From positions 52,802,425 through 52,866,424 of the forward strand of contig NC_068983.1 in assembly GCF_001194135.2 (NCBI RefSeq): a DNA stretch of 64,000 bases, given 5' to 3'. Position numbers and translations under genes: made by a program. The notes beneath the pieces are model-generated. The model was not told the DNA's origin. It made no database searches and was given only the letters and a program-made list of their open reading frames with translations. The DNA is from Octopus bimaculoides. Taxonomy: Eukaryota. Below, one piece after another: positions 59,641-64,000 of the stretch (position 1 is its first letter; the number at the start of each line of letters is the position of its first letter).

Positions 59641-60032
59641 TATTATATAGATTGGTAAAAACTGAAATTAAAAAAAAAAACAGAAATTAGTTCTGTATAG
59701 AAGCTATTCTGTCAGTTTTTCATTGCACTAATCTGACGAGTAAAAACATGAAAATATTTTTCTTTCAATATAATGTCACACAAATTAAATTGTAAAATAC
59801 TCTCAATTTTAATAAAAATTAACTCAATTATAGAATTATGTGTACGTAATGAATTTAATGATCTTTAAATATATTTTCGTAGACTAAATTTTAATAATGC
59901 AAACTAGAATGATAGCAGAATATCTAAAATGTGTTTATCAATTCTTGTATCTATGTAGGTTTATTAGTACAGTTTAACAATAACCAATTTTTTCCAATAT
60001 AGAATAAAGTCTGATAAATTTTAAATATATAT

Positions 60033-60195
60033 AGGTGTAGGAGTGGCTGTGCGGCAGGTAGCTTGCTTTCCAACCACATGGTTCCGGGTTCAGTCCCACT
60101 GTGTGGCACCTTGGGCAAGTGTCTTCTACTATAGCCTCGGGCCGATCAAAGCCTTGTAAGTGGATTTGGTAAATCGAAACTGAAAGAAGCCCATC
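60033..60195 (+). mobile_element. SINE family A, 5' half, near consensus
   Basis: GGTGTAGGAGTGGCTGTG...GGTTCAGTCCCACTG...GAAACTGAAAGAAGCCC. Confidence 0.9.
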
Positions 60196-60944
60196 ACATA
60201 TATATATATATATNNNNNNNNNNNNNNNNNNNNNNNNNNNNNNNNNNNNNNNNNNNNNNNNNNNNNNNNNNNNNNNNNNNNNNNNNNNNNNNNNNNNNNN
60301 NNNNNNNNNNNNNNNNNNNNNNNNNNNNNNNNNNNNNNNNNNNNNNNNNNNNNNNNNNNNNNNNNNNNNNNNNNNNNNNNNNNNNNNNNNNNNNNNNNNN
60401 NNNNNNNNNNNNNNNNNNNNNNNNNNNNNNNNNNNNNNNNNNNNNNNNNNNNNNNNNNNNNNNNNNNNNNNNNNNNNNNNNNNNNNNNNNNNNNNNNNNN
60501 NNNNNNNNNNNNNNNNNNNNNNNNNNNNNNNNNNNNNNNNNNNNNNNNNNNNNNNNNNNNNNNNNNNNNNNNNNNNNNNNNNNNNNNNNNNNNNNNNNNN
60601 NNNNNNNNNNNNNNNNNNNNNNNNNNNNNNNNNNNNNNNNNNNNNNNNNNNNNNNNNNNNNNNNNNNNNNNNNNNNNNNNNNNNNNNNNNNNNNNNNNNN
60701 NNNNNNNNNNNNNNNNNNNNNNNNNNNNNNNNNNNNNNNNNNNNNNNNNNNNNNNNNNNNNNNNNNNNNNNNNNNNNNNNNNNNNNNNNNNNNNNNNNNN
60801 NNNNNNNNNNNNNNNNNNNNNNNNNNNNNNNNNNNNNNNNNNNNNNNNNNNNNNNNNNNNNNNNNNNNNNNNNNNNNNNNNNNNNNNNNATATATATACA
60901 TGTATGTGTGTTTGTGTGTCTGTGCTTGTGTGTCTGTGCTTATC

Positions 60945-61095
60945 TGTCCTTGTCTCAAAAACTGTTACTCAGAGTTCCACATTCCTATTCGTTGGACAGT
61001 TTTGTTTAGAATGCTGCTTTTTAATAAAACATTACTCTACCTCCAGTATTTGGTACTATTTTTTGCACCTTGTTTCGCATTTATGTACATACTCT

Positions 61096-61098
<3 letters not shown>
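60945..61098. repeat. Interspersed repeat fragment; partial inverted copy at ~36002-36075
   Basis: ATACCA(T/G)AGTA.GTACA.AAATGCGAAACAA.GTG.AAAAAATAGTAC shared between the two. Confidence 0.65.
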
Positions 61099-61132
<34 letters not shown>

Positions 61133-61184
61133 GAGTCAGATGAAGTCATTGTCGTGGATGATGACAGTACCGTCTGATCATCAC

Positions 61185-61500
61185 CTGTGCAGGTGGCACA
61201 TAAAAAGCACCATTCAAGTGTGATCATTGCCAGTGCCGCCTGTCTGGCTCATACTGGTGGCACATAAAAAGCAGCATTTGAGCGTGGTCGATGCCAGTAC
61301 CACCTGACTGGCCCTCGTGCCAGTGGCATGTAAAAAGCACCCACCACACTCTCAGAGTAGTTGGCATCCAGCTGTAGAAACTCTGCCAGATCAGTTTGGA
61401 GCCTGGTGCAGCCTTCTGGCTTGCCAGTCCTCAGTCAAACTGTCCAACCCATGCAGCATGGAAAGCAGACGTTAAATGACGACGACGATGATGATGATAT
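61185..61500 (+). mobile_element. RTE LINE 3' end
   Basis: Consensus match. Confidence 0.85.
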
Positions 61501-61538
61501 ATATACATTTTATATATATATTTTATATATATATATAT

Positions 61539-61677
<139 letters not shown>

Positions 61678-61869
61678 TGCATATATGTATGTATATATAT
61701 ATATATATATGCTGTAGATGAATATGTGTGATTAAGAAGTTTGTTTCTGAGTTTGTTCTCTTTGCAGAGCATCTAGAGTGAAGCAAAATGTTTTCTTTGA
61801 TAGCCTCAGGTTTGTTGAAGATGAAGTGAATGTAATTTGGCAGTTGGAAATTGTATGAAAGCCAGTCCA

Positions 61870-62045
61870 CTGATGCAGGTGCAAGCATGACTGTGTGGTT
61901 AAGAAACTTGATTCCTAATCTTGTAGTCTGATATCAGTTTCAATCTCATTGTGTAACACATGGGGTACACGTTTTCTGTTATAGCCCTGGGCAGACCAAA
62001 GCCTTGTAATTGGATCTGGTAGAGGGAATTTGAAAGAAACCTGTT
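61870..62045 (+). mobile_element. SINE family A, 5' half, diverged
   Basis: Head and CCAAAGCCTTGTAATTGGATCTGGTAG. Confidence 0.7.
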
Positions 62046-62072
62046 AATATATATATTTGTACATATATAGGC

Positions 62073-62375
62073 GTGGAGGCGCAACGGCCCAGTGGTTAGG
62101 GCAGCGGACTCGCGGTTGCAGGATCACGGTTTCGATTCCCACACTGGGCATTGTGTGCGTTTATTGAACGAAAACACCTAAAAGCTCCATGAGGCTCTGG
62201 CAGGGGGTGGTGGCGACCCCTGTTGTACTCCTTCACCCCAACTTTCTCTCGCTCTTTCTTTCTGTTTCTTGAGTAATGCTACGATGGACTGGCGTCCCAT
62301 CCAGATAGGGAACACATATTGCCATAGAAACTGGGAAACCAGGCCCATGAGCCTGGCTAGGCCTTAAAAGGGAGC
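62073..62375 (+). mobile_element. SINE family E
   Basis: GGAGGCGCAACGGCCCAGTGGTTAGG..GGTTTCGATTCCC tRNA-like head. Confidence 0.85.
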
Positions 62376-62429
62376 AAAAGAAAGAAGAATATATATAGGC
62401 ACTTATTTATATATATAAATACCAACTCC

Positions 62430-62808
62430 ACCCACCGTGGTGATGATGGTGGGTAGTGATGGTGGTGGTGGTTGGTAGAGGCAGAATCATTGTCATAGTC
62501 ATGGTCATGGTGGTATTTGGCGTTGTCGTCATGGTCGTGGCTGTCATCATAGTTGTGGTGGTGGTGGCCGCAATGGCATCACTTGTGATGGTGGTGGTAG
62601 TGGCTGTGTTTGTGGTGGTGGTGGTGGTGGTGGTGGTGGCAGTTGCAGTGGCAACAATGATGATGGCGACGACAACCACTTTGATGATGATGACAGATAC
62701 AATGGCAACAACAATGACAATGATGATGATGATGATGATGATGATGATGGTGATGGCGATGGTGATGATGATGGCGATGATGATGATGATGACGACGACG
62801 ACGACGAC

Positions 62809-62839
<31 letters not shown>

Positions 62840-62935
62840 ATGATGGTGATAACGATGCTGATGACGATGGTGATGACGATGGTTATGATGACGATGACGA
62901 CGACGATGATGATGATGATGATGATGATGATATGG
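62430..62935. repeat. (GGT/GAT/GAC)n field
   Basis: Seen directly. Confidence 0.95.
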
Positions 62936-63354
62936 ATGTAATGACCAAGTTCTCCCGAGGAATTATCCAAGCTTAACTAAGCCGCTAATATAACACCATA
63001 ACACCCACCGATTTTTCAGTTTCCTTAAATAATAAGAGAATTTTTATATCTTAACCACCAGCCATAGTATCAACAAAAATTCTTAGATCAAAATAGAAAA
63101 GCATAAAAGCAGCAACACACAATAAATGATTGAAGTTTAGGAATAAATTCTTTTTTTTCCATTCTGCTGAATCAAGATTGAATCACGCTTTTTGTTTTTA
63201 TCATTTTTTTTTTTCTTTTTTCTGCTTTCTGTCTTTCTATAATAACAACTTAACACGTAGATCAATTTTTCTGAAGTTTCATTTAGACTTTGTCTGGTCA
63301 AGCAAACCTTTCTCATAAAAGAGGTTGATTGAAAATTAGCCTTACATACAAAAT

Positions 63355-63500
63355 ATAATCTAGTTCCACCAACATCCGGAATGATGAAACCAATGATATA
63401 AGAGTTCGTTCTGACCGTTTTTCTAAGACAGATGACACTTTTGCTCACAATGGAATTTCGACTGAGTCTTTTCTAGAATGTTTTATTGAGTCCAGACGAT
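63355..63500 (+). pseudogene. Possible piggyBac transposase relic
   Basis: IRNDETNDIRVRSDRFSKTDDTF resembles LRFDD..TR..R...DKFA.IR; weak. Confidence 0.2.
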
Positions 63501-63663
63501 AATAAAATAGAAAAATTTTTGTCCCATCAAATCAGCAGTGAAGAATAAAGAATAAAGAATGAAGAATAAAATGTAAGAATTTTAAATCAGTTTTTTGCAA
63601 TCTGCACCAGATTTATTATAGTGAGTGACACATTATCGTCCTAATCATCATTTTCGTCATCAC

Positions 63664-63696
<33 letters not shown>

Positions 63697-63764
63697 AATC
63701 TTCATCACCATCATCATCATTGTTTTAACATCTACTTTTTAATACTTGCATGGACCGGATAGAA

Positions 63765-63802
63765 TGTATGTATGTATGTATGTATGTATGAATGTATGTA
63801 TG

Positions 63803-63833
<31 letters not shown>

Positions 63834-64000
63834 TGCATGTATGTATGCATGTATGAATGTATGTATGTATGTATGTATGTATGAATGTATGTATGTATGT
63901 ATGTATGTATGTATGTATGTATGAATGTATGTATGTATGTATGAATGTATGTATGAATGTATGTATGTATGTATGTATATATGTATGAATGTATGTATGT
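63765..64000. repeat. (ATGT)n with ATGA variants
   Basis: Seen directly. Confidence 0.95.

Noticed and set aside
62073-62150. tRNA gene (also ~27743-27812 and ~29460-29532)
   Set aside because: A/B boxes are present but there is no closed acceptor stem, and the sequence continues into repeat bodies; these are SINE heads

Overview
Eukaryotic, AT-rich, repeat-saturated draft-assembly DNA with about 20 N-gaps. The SINE/LINE repertoire and very high microsatellite density point to an octopod cephalopod (inference). There is no intact long ORF, rRNA, genuine tRNA gene or CRISPR array, and most ORF-track entries are translated microsatellites or gaps. The window contains several tRNA-derived SINE families, RTE-LINE 3' ends with (GAT)n tails, R4/Dong-type RLE retrotransposon 3' ends sitting in (AAT)n tracts, decayed CR1/L2-like RT, mariner (DD34D) and maT (DD37D) remnants, piggyBac MITEs and relic transposases, a Helentron-type HINE and TA-flanked foldback elements. 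Only a few weak host-exon candidates are visible, so the window is probably intronic or intergenic. The most interesting signal is two unrelated minimal type-I hammerhead-ribozyme motifs of the Penelope-like (PLE) kind. One belongs to a clustered element with a tRNA-like head, an (AAT)n spacer, the hammerhead and a tail, repeatedly found with inverted tail copies that begin just after the predicted cleavage site (27.66-32.08 kb). The other lies in the spacer of a 305-bp inverted-repeat element (5.73-6.03 kb). All coordinates were read by eye; repeat boundaries are approximate.
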